This document shows positions 10,835 through 23,863 of a stretch of 52,091 nucleotides of DNA, piece after piece. A program made the position numbers and the translations under genes. Source of the stretch: Octopus sinensis (Eukaryota); the NCBI RefSeq assembly GCF_006345805.1, contig NW_021834430.1:1-52091 (forward strand), written 5' to 3'. Within the stretch, counting starts at the first letter, position 1, and each line of letters begins with the position of its first letter. The notes beneath the pieces are model-generated. The model had not been told where the DNA came from. It saw only the letters and a program-made list of their open reading frames with translations, and searched no databases.

Positions 10835-11225
10835 AGGCGGTGGAATGGCAAAAATGTTAGCACGTCGAGCAAAATGCGTAGCCGTATTTCGTCTGTCGTT
10901 ACGTTGTGAGTTCAAATTCCGCCGAGGTCGACTTTGCCTTTCATCCTTTCGGGGTCGATAAATTACGTACCAGTTACGCACTGGTGTCGATGTAATCGAC
11001 TTAATACCTGTGTCTGTTCTTGTTTGTCCCCTCTATGTTTAGTCCCTTGTTGGTAATAAAGAAATAGGTATTTTGTCTGCCGCTACGTTCTTTGTTCAAA
11101 TTCCGCCGAGGTCGACTTTGCCTTTCATCCTTTCGGGATTGATAAATTTAAGTATCAGTTGCGTACTGGGGTCGATCTAATCGACTGGCACCCTCCCCAC
11201 AAATTTCGGGCCTTGTACCCAGAGT
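10835..11225 (+). mobile_element. SINE family A dimer
   Basis: Full head, then tail re-entering the body at AAAGAAATAGGTATTTTGTCTG. Confidence 0.85.
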
Positions 11226-11929
11226 ATAAAAAAAAGCAGTAAAAATCAGAGTTGATCTTTGTGGGATTTGAATTTATGACTTAAAGAGTCGGAACAAATA
11301 ACGCCAAGTATATTATGTTCGAGGCTTCACCCTTTGACAGCCCAAAGCATTTTCATAAGTTTGTCATAAACTTCCAGGCTCGTTTGTAGGCTTTTAGCTC
11401 AGCTCCTTTTTCTTTTTCATATGTTCATGTAATATAAATTTCTAAGCTTGGTGATTGAAAAAGTTGAGAATGATATCACATATGATGCAAGGACGCTGAG
11501 GAAACATGTTCCGTGTTTTACAAGTGATACACGAGAGAGGCAAAAGGGTAAAACAACTGGGAATGTACATCATATCTGATGCATGGACGCTAGGGAAATA
11601 TGTCCTGTGCAATTCTCTCGTTGGTTCCAATGTCTCTCGGTGGTGATATTTGGTTTCGACTCTCCGAGCTGGGAGTTCAAATCCCTCCAAGATCAACTTT
11701 ACATTTTATGTTTGCGGAGGTCGGGGAATACAAAAAAGAAAAAAAAGAAAGGGACCGATCCAAGACTTGCCCTGCAGTATTTGTTCCGGATCTTTGCGTC
11801 GTGAGTTCAAATCCTGTCACAGCCAGCAAAGCGTGATATTTCCACTGCTACACCGTGGAAAGTGGGTAACCAGCCCAACGAGTTCCTGGACACGAGATGG
11901 ATATTATTTTTAGTAGGCACAGTTCAGAT

Positions 11930-12478
11930 ATGTGGTTCGCAACCAAGAACCAAAACCTGGATTTTTTTTAGGGGGCTGCACCTCAAAAATGCAAAACAAA
12001 TGTCAGCAAGAGCACTCAGAGAGCGAAAACCTCAGCCAAGGCAACACCAACGTCCTCTCAACAATTAGCCAGGGGTGATTTTTAAAATGAGAATATCTGA
12101 AATAAACTCGACTGCTCTCACAAACGAGAATATTAGAAATGAACCTGACCGCTCTCAAAAATTAAGTAAAAAAACAGGAAAAATAATCCAGAATTCTTGT
12201 CTGATACCAGATTGAACCCAAAATCTACTCAGTTTGTGCCATTTATGAGGCCAAACATCCCTGAAAGTTTCATCTGAATCCATCCAGCGGTTCTTGAGTT
12301 ATCTTGTGCATGGACAAGTAACCAACCAAACACGACTGAAAACTATAACCCTGCCATCGCTAAAGCAGAGGTAATAAAAGAAAGTTTATTATATTTATAG
12401 AAAGAAGGCCGTCGAAGGCCACAGGAAAGATGCTTGAGAGCTGCATGCGGCCCTATGAGCTACGGTTGAGAACCGCTG
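11930..12478. mobile_element. Probable hAT-type MITE interrupted by a Helentron-like element
   Basis: TGTGGTTCGCAACC left end, GGTTGAGAACCGCTG right end; flanks GTTCAGAT and GCTTAGAT (6/8 match). Confidence 0.5.
11997..12378 (+). mobile_element. Non-autonomous Helentron-like element (HINE type)
   Basis: Starts CAAGAGCACTCAGAGAGCG..CCTCAGCCAAGGC, contains AAAGTTTCATCTGAATCCATCCAGCGGTTCTTGAGTTA, ends GCAGAGGTAATAA. Second copy at 26575-26862. Confidence 0.6.
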
Positions 12479-12854
12479 GCTTAGATGCTCTCTCTCTCTC
12501 TCTCTCTCTCTCTAACGCTTTTCAAATAAGTACAACCAGATTATCCGGCAACGCTGCCTACGATGGAAGAATATAGCCCCTACACAAAGGTGCAAAGAAG
12601 GGATGGAAGGGAGGAGACTCATGTCTCATCCGATTCACGCAATATCACAGGGGCTAAATGCAAGCCCTTCCTCTACTTTACCTAGCAGGAACCAAACATC
12701 AAACCCAGCCAGCCCTTACTCCACCCAGCGGGCTTACAAGTAGGAGGTATTTATAATATATATTACATTCCTGGCAGGTGAGTTTAGTAGATTAGAACGT
12801 CAGCTTCCGGCAGCCTGCAGGGTAAGCATCGCTTCATTCATTCATATGTATAGG

Positions 12855-13565
<711 letters not shown>

Positions 13566-13754
13566 TGAATACACGTACATACTTGGTGAATACTCATGTT
13601 TGCGTGGAGCCACTTTTAAAGTATCTTAATATACACACACATATACACTCAGATATATATGCTTGTATATATATCCATATACATATGTGTGTCTGTGTGT
13701 ATACGTATGTATGTATGTCCGAATGTTTTAATGCCCTCTACTGCGTTTTTATTC

Positions 13755-13785
<31 letters not shown>

Positions 13786-14119
13786 AGCTTACATATTTAT
13801 TCACACATACATGAACACACACATATGTATGTGTGTGCATGTATGTGTGTGCATGTATGTGTGTGCATGTATGTGTGCGTTTACAGGAAATAGAATGATA
13901 CTCGGTCGAAAACAAAAAAGATATGCTAAGATATAATGGAAGAAAAAGACTATTGGGGGAAAGGGTGGGAGAAGCTTTAGACAAACGCGAAGAGAAAGAG
14001 AGAGAGAGAGAGAAAGAGAGAGAGAGGGGGAAAGGAGGAGAGAGATAGTAAATATTTGATAGTAAATAATTAATACCTTGTAAGTTGTCTTTCTACTAAG
14101 GGAAAATATTTTTAGTAAT

Positions 14120-14191
<72 letters not shown>

Positions 14192-14416
14192 TAGTAGTGA
14201 TGGTGGTGATGGTGGTATGTATGAATGTGTTTTGATGAGGACATAAAAAATACAGGAACATCCAGAGAGGTTGCGACATCGACAGATAAGTGCGAGGTGC
14301 GTGTTTATATATACAGATGCATGCATACAATTAACACACACACATATACACATGCATGTATATACATATACGTATGGTCACAGCCTTTCGGTTGAAGCAT
14401 ATAAAAGAAATAAAAG

Positions 14417-14447
<31 letters not shown>

Positions 14448-14561
14448 CGTGCCAACGCACGAAAATCTAGGACCTTGGGTCATTCTTTTGCTTCTGCTAA
14501 ATATTAATAAAGATTATACATATATATATGTATATATAAATACATATATATATACGCACAC

Positions 14562-14598
<37 letters not shown>

Positions 14599-14629
14599 TA
14601 TATACATATATATACATATATACACACAC

Positions 14630-14660
<31 letters not shown>

Positions 14661-14661
<1 letters not shown>

Positions 14662-14790
14662 TTTTCCGACGAAGAGCTCCGCTCGAAACGTTAAACCCTC
14701 CTTCTTTCCTGAGCGTCCAATAATACTATATTTGTTCCACGTCCTCGCGTTGTAGTTTTTTTTTTTGTGCTTTCTTGTTTGGATTAACTT
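14661..14790 (+). mobile_element. Penelope-type terminal repeat with minimal hammerhead motif
   Basis: TTT-CCGACGA-A-GAGC-TCC-GCTC-GAAA-CG-TT-AAA; embedded between (TA)n arrays. Confidence 0.6.
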
Positions 14791-14796
14791 TATATA

Positions 14797-14879
<83 letters not shown>

Positions 14880-15526
14880 TGGCTGCCCTCTCGTTATCGA
14901 GTATGGCCATTGCGCGAAGCTTAATCAATGTTGTTATCGTGCAATGCCTGTGCAAGAAGATTTTTTTTAAAGTGAGGAAAGGCTCTGCACTGAGTCAATC
15001 TCACTCACGAAGGTTTTATGTCGGAGTTATCCCAGTTACCTGAGTTACCTTCTCCTAGAAGGATGCCCTAACAAAGGCTAGGAGTCCTTCACTCCCAATG
15101 GTTTAACCGCGCGATCGGGTATTACATTACGTTCGTATGGGTAGGAGATAGTTCTGCAGGAGGAAATACCTGTGATAGGAATCCTGTCTAACTTACTTAG
15201 CGACAAGAATTTGCGTAGGATGATTGAAATATGTGATGCCAACTGAATTGCTGCAGCTGGGCAAAGCGTTACGGACGGGCTAAGTAACGGAGTGACAAAG
15301 GAAAATTAAATCATCTGAAGCCAGGACGGAAGATGCCGTTAGCTCACACACTGCCACCCTTTCTTTGTTTACGGTGCAGGTTGGACCAACTGGTCTTACG
15401 CGTGTTGTCATTAAGACCGACAACATAAGGCCGACTAGATTATCCTCGTTCGATTAACAGGCGAACAATACACAGACACACGTATATACATACCTATACA
15501 CACGCGCCTAAAGCTACAACAACAAC

Positions 15527-15768
15527 AAAAAGGTGGTTGTAGTACCAATAATTGTCGGATCCCTGGGAACAGTGAGCAAAAATCTTGAGAAGTACATGGA
15601 ACAAATAGGGGCTGCAATAAGGGTGGAGCACTTGCAGAAAATAGCACTGCTTGGAACCGCTCGAATACTCCGGCTGGTACTCGAAAACTAAGGGGTGTTA
15701 CCTTAGTTCACTAGTAGTGAACAGCTGACACCGTGGTACATCTCCAGCGTTAGAAGCTGGGCAAAGGC

Positions 15769-15818
<50 letters not shown>

Positions 15819-15822
15819 TAAC
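15527..15822 (+). mobile_element. 5'-truncated R4/Dong-clade LINE (RLE endonuclease C-terminus, 3' UTR, (AAT)n tail)
   Basis: 15527-15691 translates KKVVVVPIIVGSLGTVSKNLEKYMEQIGAAIRVEHLQKIALLGTARILRLVLEN*, the typical VP..IG.LG and LQK..LLGTARIL end of R4-like ORFs. (AAT)n from about 15769. Confidence 0.8.
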
Positions 15823-16099
15823 GTTAATGACAATGGTGATATCATTATAATGATAATAGCGGTGGGACTAATTGCAATGGTAACGATAATATTAATTATG
15901 GTTTCTTTAATAACACAAACGGTTTGCGTTTAGAAAACATTAAAGATGGTACCGGACGAAACAGTGTGTGTGTGTGTGTGTGTGTGTGTGTCTGTGGTTG
16001 CAATCTGCTGTTTGGATTATTGGAAATCTTAAAATGCACAGGGGGTGTTATTAATAGGTCAGTTAAAATAAGGATCAAATGCTCGCATTTTTATACTTA

Positions 16100-16838
16100 A
16101 AACCGATTCTATAAAGTCTTTTCCGAGTGATAGACACGTCTCTATAACTCTGCGATATAAACCTTAATTATTAGTAATAAGATTCATGGATTGTATTTAG
16201 GTAGCCTAGCATCTCTTAATACTTTTAATACGTATAACTGATCGCATTTAAATTACTTTTGCCCTCCCTTACTTCTACCAACAGACAACTGTATTTTCAT
16301 ATAACTGTAATTCCTATAATCTCAATAATCTTATGAATTTTACTTTGTCACTCCGCTACTTAGCCCGTCCGTAACGCTTCTACGTGATTAGTTGAAGGAG
16401 ATGAAGGGAAGCGGATGGTGAGAGATGGAGATGGAAATGGGAGGGGAGATAGAACTGGAGAAGGAGAGGTGGTGGTGTGTGTGAAATGCGTAATTTTTTA
16501 AACTAAGTTTTTTTTCCTCCTTTTTTAGCCCGTCTGTAGCGTTTTCACGTGATTAGTTGAACGGAAATGCGAACAGCGAAAGGAAAAGGCGGAGAATGAG
16601 AGAGAAAGAGGGAGAGTGCTGTGTATTAAGACTATTAAATTGTGAATAAAGTATATAAAGTGCATTAAGTAATCCTCGTTTTCGAATTTCCATCTCGTTT
16701 CAATGAGTAGCAGGTGAGCGACTATCTTTTGATGCAGACTCAACACAGTCTACGCTTTCAGGTTTTTGGGATAAAGTTTTGAGAAATAACCCAATAAGTT
16801 TACCATTAATCCCGTGAAATATTCACAGGTTCCGCTAG
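16100..16838 (+). mobile_element. Non-autonomous Helitron (5' end uncertain)
   Basis: Subterminal hairpin CCCGTGAAATATTCACAGG followed by CTAG-T at 16835-16839; internal duplication of AGCCCGTC..CGTGATTAGTTGAA. Confidence 0.6.
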
Positions 16839-17780
16839 TTTCTATAATTCAGTTTAATAACTTTAATCACATTGTTTCCAGCTTTATGGCATTTGTTTCA
16901 TCATCTCTAGTTACGGCTTTTAAAATTCCTTATAATCCCATACCTTTGAACATTTATTAACATTCATGGCCGCTACGATTCATTATAATTCATATCAATT
17001 CTTCTAACATTTTCTTATTACTCACCTTAATTTTTAATTATAATAATAGTGATTTAATTATCTACTGAACCTATATGATTTTAACTAATTTATTTTATGT
17101 TCAATATTAATAGAAACGTTAGGATTCATACTTTTTCGTATTTTTTGTTTGTTTTTTATCGGGCATAGATACTCTTTTACTCTTTTACTTGTTTCAGTCA
17201 TTTTTGACTGCGGTCAAGCTGGAGCACCGCCTTTAAAAAAAATCTAGTCGACGAGGATTGGTTCTAGTTTTCGTTCTCTATTATAATTGGCCTTTCAACT
17301 CGTAATTTCATTACAGTTAAATAACTAATCTCAAGAAATTTCTATAAATCCCGATATTTAACATACATTTATATTTTTATGCTGACGCGGATTATTGCCT
17401 AAACTCCTTCCATTAGTCTAATATGCACATTTATTTGCTTCGGCCGTCTTTCTACCAATGTGTTAACCACTTTAATTATTTGATTTATTCTATTCTGTCT
17501 CTAAATGTTTATAGGTTATAGTTTCTGGCACTGTGATTATGGCTATCTCCATATATCTATAATTTTTTCTCCTTTTCTTTGCTCACCTTCCTTGCTCTCC
17601 CTCTCTTCTGGATTTTCGCAGAGACGTTCGCTAATGCGCTATTTTTCTTTTCTTTTTTAATTATCTTTAACTGGATCTCTATGAATTAAATCAAATATTC
17701 TATTAGTTCTGCGATAATTAATCGGTGTACTTTAATCAAGATAAATTTAGTTAATAAGTAACGTTAAAATTTATTAAACA

Positions 17781-18178
17781 CTAGCAGTATCGCCCGGCGT
17801 TGCTCGGGTTTGTAAGGGAAATAACTATATAAGCATTTTTAGAGAGTTATAGGCAAAAAATAGCAAAAAAATGCATTAAAAATGGAAAAAAAATGGTGGT
17901 AAATTTTTTTTTAAATCGTTAACTCATCGTAGACATTTTTAGAGAGTTACTTCCCTTATATAATAGCGAAAAAATGCATTAAAATGGAAAAAAATGATGG
18001 TAATTTTTTTTTTAGATCGTAGACTCATCGTAGACGCGCGCTAATACCCAGAAGGGCTCGATATGAATCACGACTATAAGATATCCGCTTTTGGTCAAAC
18101 TGCACCGCAAAATGTGGGAGTAGTTAGGAATCTAAATCGTAGGAGACAGACACACAACCTCTCTTTTATATATAAACA
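17781..18178 (-). mobile_element. Non-autonomous Helitron
   Basis: Minus-strand 3' end CCCGAGCAACGCCGGG hairpin plus ATACTGCTAG-T; 5' end TTTATATATAAAAG; internal tandem duplication of about 100 bp. Confidence 0.8.
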
Positions 18179-19103
18179 TGTCACACCTTGACGTACAAAA
18201 CCTTAAAACACCGTAAATGACTTTTTAAGAACAATGTCAGCAGCTGTCTTAGAACACGTTTCGATCGGGTCAAACGTATGCTTGGTGCTTGCCATCTGCC
18301 AGGATACAAGCATGTTTTGCTCGTTCCAGCCCTTACAAGTGAGGCTGCTACGTTTAATGATATCCTTATGATAGAAATGTCTTTATTCTTTAATTTACAA
18401 CCTCATTCAATTATCCACCCTCATGAGTGACGAGTGACACACTGTAGTCCTACCCACTTTACATTTCACAAATGTTATTAGAGACTTCTCCTGTTGATGA
18501 TTTGTTTTTTTTTATTTTTTATTTTGGTAAAGCCGATGAGTTGAAAGTTGCGTAGCATATTAGGTAATCTGATGGGTATGGTGCATACTGCATACTTGAC
18601 TCTACCGTATTTACATTGCAGTAAACACTTCTAAGGAAGCCAGTAGCACATATTCCAGTTGTCTGTTTTCTGGCTTCACGCCGCGCTTAAGTTTCCATTC
18701 ATCGCTGAATACTTTTGGAGTTGTGGATTACCAAACAACAGTAAACTCCTCCTCACCGATGCATTCGGTACTTTTATATCCTTCTACACGTTGGATATAC
18801 AGATTTCACGAAGAGGGGACAGTCATGACTGTCTTCACACGACGTACTTCAAATTACTCCACTAAACTCGATACCCCAATAAATACAACTTTCAACGATC
18901 TCTACGGCTTCTTACGATTCCCACGAAATCTCAACCACTCCTATGACTTCTCTTTCGTCTCAGCCAAAACGCTACTTTTCATAAGAGCTCGACTTGTCCA
19001 TTCTGCCCATCCCACAGGCGGGGGTCAATGACTCTCGCCGCAACAAGTACTATGACAATGGATTACTTAACTTATCTGTCCCATTTGCGCCCTTCTCTCT
19101 AAC

Positions 19104-19680
19104 CCAGTGGTTCTCAACGGGAGTAGGGTCCATATGACGCTTGGGGGTTGGTCCATATAAGATTTTGTAGCTAAAGCCTGTGTGTGTGCTAAGTCGGTTA
19201 TATTTCTACAATAAATAATAAATAAATAAATAAATGCGCCCTTTTTAAAGCCAGGCTCATGGGCCCGGTTTCTAAGGCGTATGAGTTCCCGAGCTGGACG
19301 GGACGCCAGTCCATCGCAGCGTTACTCATTTTTGCCAGCTGAGTGAACTGGAACAACGTGAAATGAAGTGTTTTGCTCAAGAACACAACGCGTCACCCAG
19401 TCCAGGAATCGAAACCACAATCTTACGATCATGATGCTGACACCCTAACCACTAAGCCACGTGCCTCCACTCATATTCCTACGATGCATAAAGATATTTT
19501 AACAATTTTTCTTTATACAATTCCTAATAATACTTACTCTTTTACTCTTTTACTTGTTTCAGTCATTTGACTGTGGCCATGCTGGAGCACCGCCTTTTGT
19601 CGAGCAAATCGACCCCAGAACTTATTCTTTGTAAGCCTAGTACTTATTCTATCGGAATCTTTTGCCGAACCGCTAGATTA
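19104..19680. mobile_element. hAT-type MITE remnant interrupted by SINE D (19215-19470, minus) and SINE B fragment (19535-19680, minus)
   Basis: CAGTGGTTCTCAAC start; body segments match the 10465 MITE on both sides of the SINE D. Confidence 0.65.
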
Positions 19681-20281
19681 CCAATAATTGTGCCGTGCTT
19701 CACTTCGATATGCTTCGATCTTTTATGGATCCCTGTCCCCTGTAATCAAACATAAAGCTGTCGATTGGCCAGGACGTTAGAGCGTCCCATAGAGAGTAGT
19801 GGGATATTCTTTTTGACTCTCTACACTCTGCGTTCAAATCCCACCGATGTCAACTTTGCTTTTCGTATTTTCGGGGGTCGGTAGAAAGGCAACTGATACT
19901 GTTGAACTCCACAGCTTGATTGGTACTTTATCGAACTTGAAAGGATGAGGGGGGAAAATTAAACACAGTGTGATTCGAACTCAGAATAGTAAGACTTGGA
20001 AGAAACGGCCGTAAAGCAATTTTCCCATACTTTCCAACACTAACAATGCTAACAATAACAACAACAACAACAACGATGTTGATGATAATACACCTTTCTA
20101 CAATAGACACAAGACCCGAAATTTTTTTTTTGGTGGTGGGGGGGGGGAGCAGACTAGTCGATTACATCGACCCCCGTCTTTCACTGCTACTTAATTTATC
20201 GATCAACTCCGAAAGGATGAAGGACAAAGTCAATCTCGGCGGAATTTGAACTTAGAATGTAAAGACGGACGAAATGCTGTT

Positions 20282-20749
20282 ATGGGTTCTACATCTTTTT
20301 AATATTCTGCTCAATACCACAGATTTGCTTGTCAGCTGTTTGACCATAACGAGTTGAGCATGTCCCTTAGTGGCTGACGATATGTGCATCTCTGATCACG
20401 AGCAGAAGTAGTCGGGGAGCATCATAGTCATGTGTTGAGAGGGGATCTTTGAGGATTGAATAATTCACCTTTGGAAACATAGGTGTTTCGTTCAACATCT
20501 TTAAACAACCCTCATTCAGGGACCTTTTGAGCAGGATGGGTTATTCTACCTGAAGAAAATTCTAACAGGCCCCCACCTGCAAGGTCATGCGCTGTTTATC
20601 TTGATTTGAGATCACCATGTCGCGCACATATGGTTGTGATGCATGTGCCTGGTGTGCCCTTATCAGTCGGATAGTCATGATGGGTATATTGGGCTTCGTG
20701 TATTTTACCCCAGTGTCACTTTGATGGCATGCACTGCTCTCTCACTCAA
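20282..20749 (-). repeat. Interspersed non-coding repeat of about 550 bp, truncated copy
   Basis: Reverse complement of 37596-38050. Confidence 0.85.
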
Positions 20750-20990
20750 TAATAATGATGATGATGATGACGATGACGATGATGACGATGACGATGATGA
20801 CGATAATGCACAGCCATGCAAATTTTATAAAGAAACGAAAGAAAATCGTCCCAAATCGCCCCACTCTCACACAGAAGCAGACAAAAAATGTGCGTGCTTG
20901 CATGAAAGAATATAATTTTAATTCGATATCTACGTACGATCATACACACATCCACACGCATCTCTTTCTTTTATTTGTTTCCTTCTTTTT

Positions 20991-21026
<36 letters not shown>

Positions 21027-21102
21027 GCTTGCTTGCTTTCTCTCTCTTCACACAAACCTACACACACAGTCACATGTATATATGTGAGTGAGTGTGTGTG
21101 TG

Positions 21103-21178
<76 letters not shown>

Positions 21179-21316
21179 TGTGTTGTGTGTGTGTGTGTGT
21201 GTGTGGTTATTGACTTGCACTAACTGCTGGCAAGCTACTTGGCAAGCAGCTTGCTTACCTACCTGAAGAAGGAAAAAGTGTGTATGTGCATGCGTGTGTG
21301 TGTGTGTGTGTGTGTG

Positions 21317-21362
<46 letters not shown>

Positions 21363-21774
21363 GTGAGTGAGTGAGGGGAATGAAAGAGAAATGTGTACGT
21401 TAAAAGTACAGTTGCAAAAGAAAACCGGCCGACCAACCAGCCAGCCAACCAACAACAAAAACAACAGAATGACTGAAGGGAAAGTACCCCAGGGGAATAA
21501 GTGTTCTACATATTACCTACAGAGAAGGCGTGTGCATATGAGCTGCTGCTGGTGGTGGTGATGGTGGTAGGAGGACTCACTGTGTATGTAATTAATTTGA
21601 GCTGAAGGAACTTAGAATTCAAACTTCGATACCGACTGAGATTATCTAATCAATTAGAAGATAAAATCTCCCCACAGAGTATTTAGCATTAAGAATAAAG
21701 AAGTAAAAACAGAATATTTGGAGAAAAAAAATGTCTTTAGAAACAGAACCAAAATTTAAAGGGATTTAAACCAT

Positions 21775-21928
21775 AGGCGCAGGAGTGGCTGTGTGGTAAG
21801 TAGCTTGCTAACCAACCACATGGTTCCGGGTTCAATCCCACTGCGTGGCACCTTGGGCAAGTTTCTTCTGCTATAGCCCCGGGCCGACCAATGCCTTGTG
21901 AGACGGAAACTGAAAGAAGCCTGTCGTA

Positions 21929-21995
<67 letters not shown>

Positions 21996-22218
21996 TGTGT
22001 GTGTGGTGTGTGTGTGTGTGTGTTTGTGTGTCTGTGTTTGTCCCCCTAGCATTGCTTGACAACCGATGCTGGTGTGTTTACGTCCCCGTCAATTAGCGGT
22101 TCGGCAAAAGAGACCGATAGAATAAGTACTGAGCTTACAAAGAATAAGTCCTGGGGTCGATTTGCTCGACTAAAGGCGGTGCTCCAGCATGGCCGCAGTC
22201 AAATGACTGAAACAAGTA
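21775..22218 (+). mobile_element. SINE family B
   Basis: Co-linear with 4325-4740; longer central (TA)n(TG)n. Confidence 0.9.
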
Positions 22219-22220
22219 AT

Positions 22221-22279
<59 letters not shown>

Positions 22280-22525
22280 TATATACATATATAATTCAGC
22301 GAAATTTAGATTCAGATGAATATGGTACTTAAGTCAAAGGCACCAGAATTTTGTATGGTATTATCCATATAATTCAAAACGGGGTGATTATAATCAAAAT
22401 AAGCAACAAGTATATCCAAAGTAGAGTAGTACAATTGTTTCATGCTACTTCATTTTATTAAACATTGTAAGTATTATATCAGTTTTAAAATGTCGAGCAA
22501 TCTTCATCTACTTATAGAATTATAT

Positions 22526-22570
<45 letters not shown>

Positions 22571-23013
22571 ATATATATGCATATATACATATGTATATGT
22601 ACATACTTACATTTATACGTATATAAATATGCATATCTGGGTACAGGGCGGCACAGGCCTCATGAAGCGTGTACAACAACAAAAATACGAAGCATGGGTA
22701 CGTGGAACATGAACTATTCTTTCGAACAACGAAAGACACAAATGGAAAACAACTCAAACAACACAAAGAACGACCCTTCATCATTTGCTGGCTGTTTTTC
22801 TAGTCTCGTGTTTCGAGCATTTAACAACAATGTACGCTTTCGATAAAACAGTTCCTCCTGCAAAGCAAATTAAATAAAATTTGGGATTCTGCGGAGGGTC
22901 AAAATAGGTAACACAAACAGATAACACAAATAGGTAACACGTACATGCATATAAACATATACATATACATACATACATACATACATACATAAATATATGT
23001 GTGTGTGTGTGTG

Positions 23014-23046
<33 letters not shown>

Positions 23047-23774
23047 TGTGTGTGTATGCATGTATGTATAAACGTCCAATGCTAGTGTGAAATTTGACAC
23101 TCTCTTGTCAGTTGACCACATCCCCAAGAAGGTTCCCCCGTTACCAAATTAAGGATCTCCAACACAGATTAAATTGTTGTCAAAGGATTAAGACATTCGG
23201 TACGATGAAATGATTTTTAGGGGCTTCTAATACATCACAAAATAAACCAAGACTATATTTTTGAAGGAATTGTACAGGAATTTTGAAGGAATTTGCATGC
23301 CACGGAAAAAGAACGTAAAACACATCGGGCTCAATATTGTAGTGGAAGCATGCAATAGAAACAGGAATATTAAATGATAATAATAATAATAATAATAATA
23401 ATATAATAATAATAATAATATTAATAATAATAATAATAATCCTTTCTACTATATTCTGTTTATTCTTTTATTCTTTTATTTGTTTCAGTCATTTGACTGT
23501 GGCCATGCTGGAGCACCGCCTTTAGTCGAACAAATCAACCCCAGGACTTATTCTTTGTAAACTTAGTGCTTATTCTATCGAGCTCTTTTGCCGAACCGCT
23601 AAGTGACGGGGATTTAAACACACCAGCATCGGTTTCTACTGGAGGCACAAGGCCTTAAATTAGGGGGAAGAGATTAGGTCGATTACATCGACCTCAGTGC
23701 GTAACTGGTTCTTATTTCATCAACTTGTCCCCTCCCCACAATCCGAGGCCTTGTGCCTTCAACAGAAAGGATCC

Positions 23775-23851
<77 letters not shown>

Positions 23852-23863
23852 ATTATTATTATT

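Noticed and set aside
12770-12826. Two strong plus-strand donor-like sites (CAGGTGAGT, AGGGTAAGC)
   Set aside because: No matching acceptor or recognisable coding frame found.
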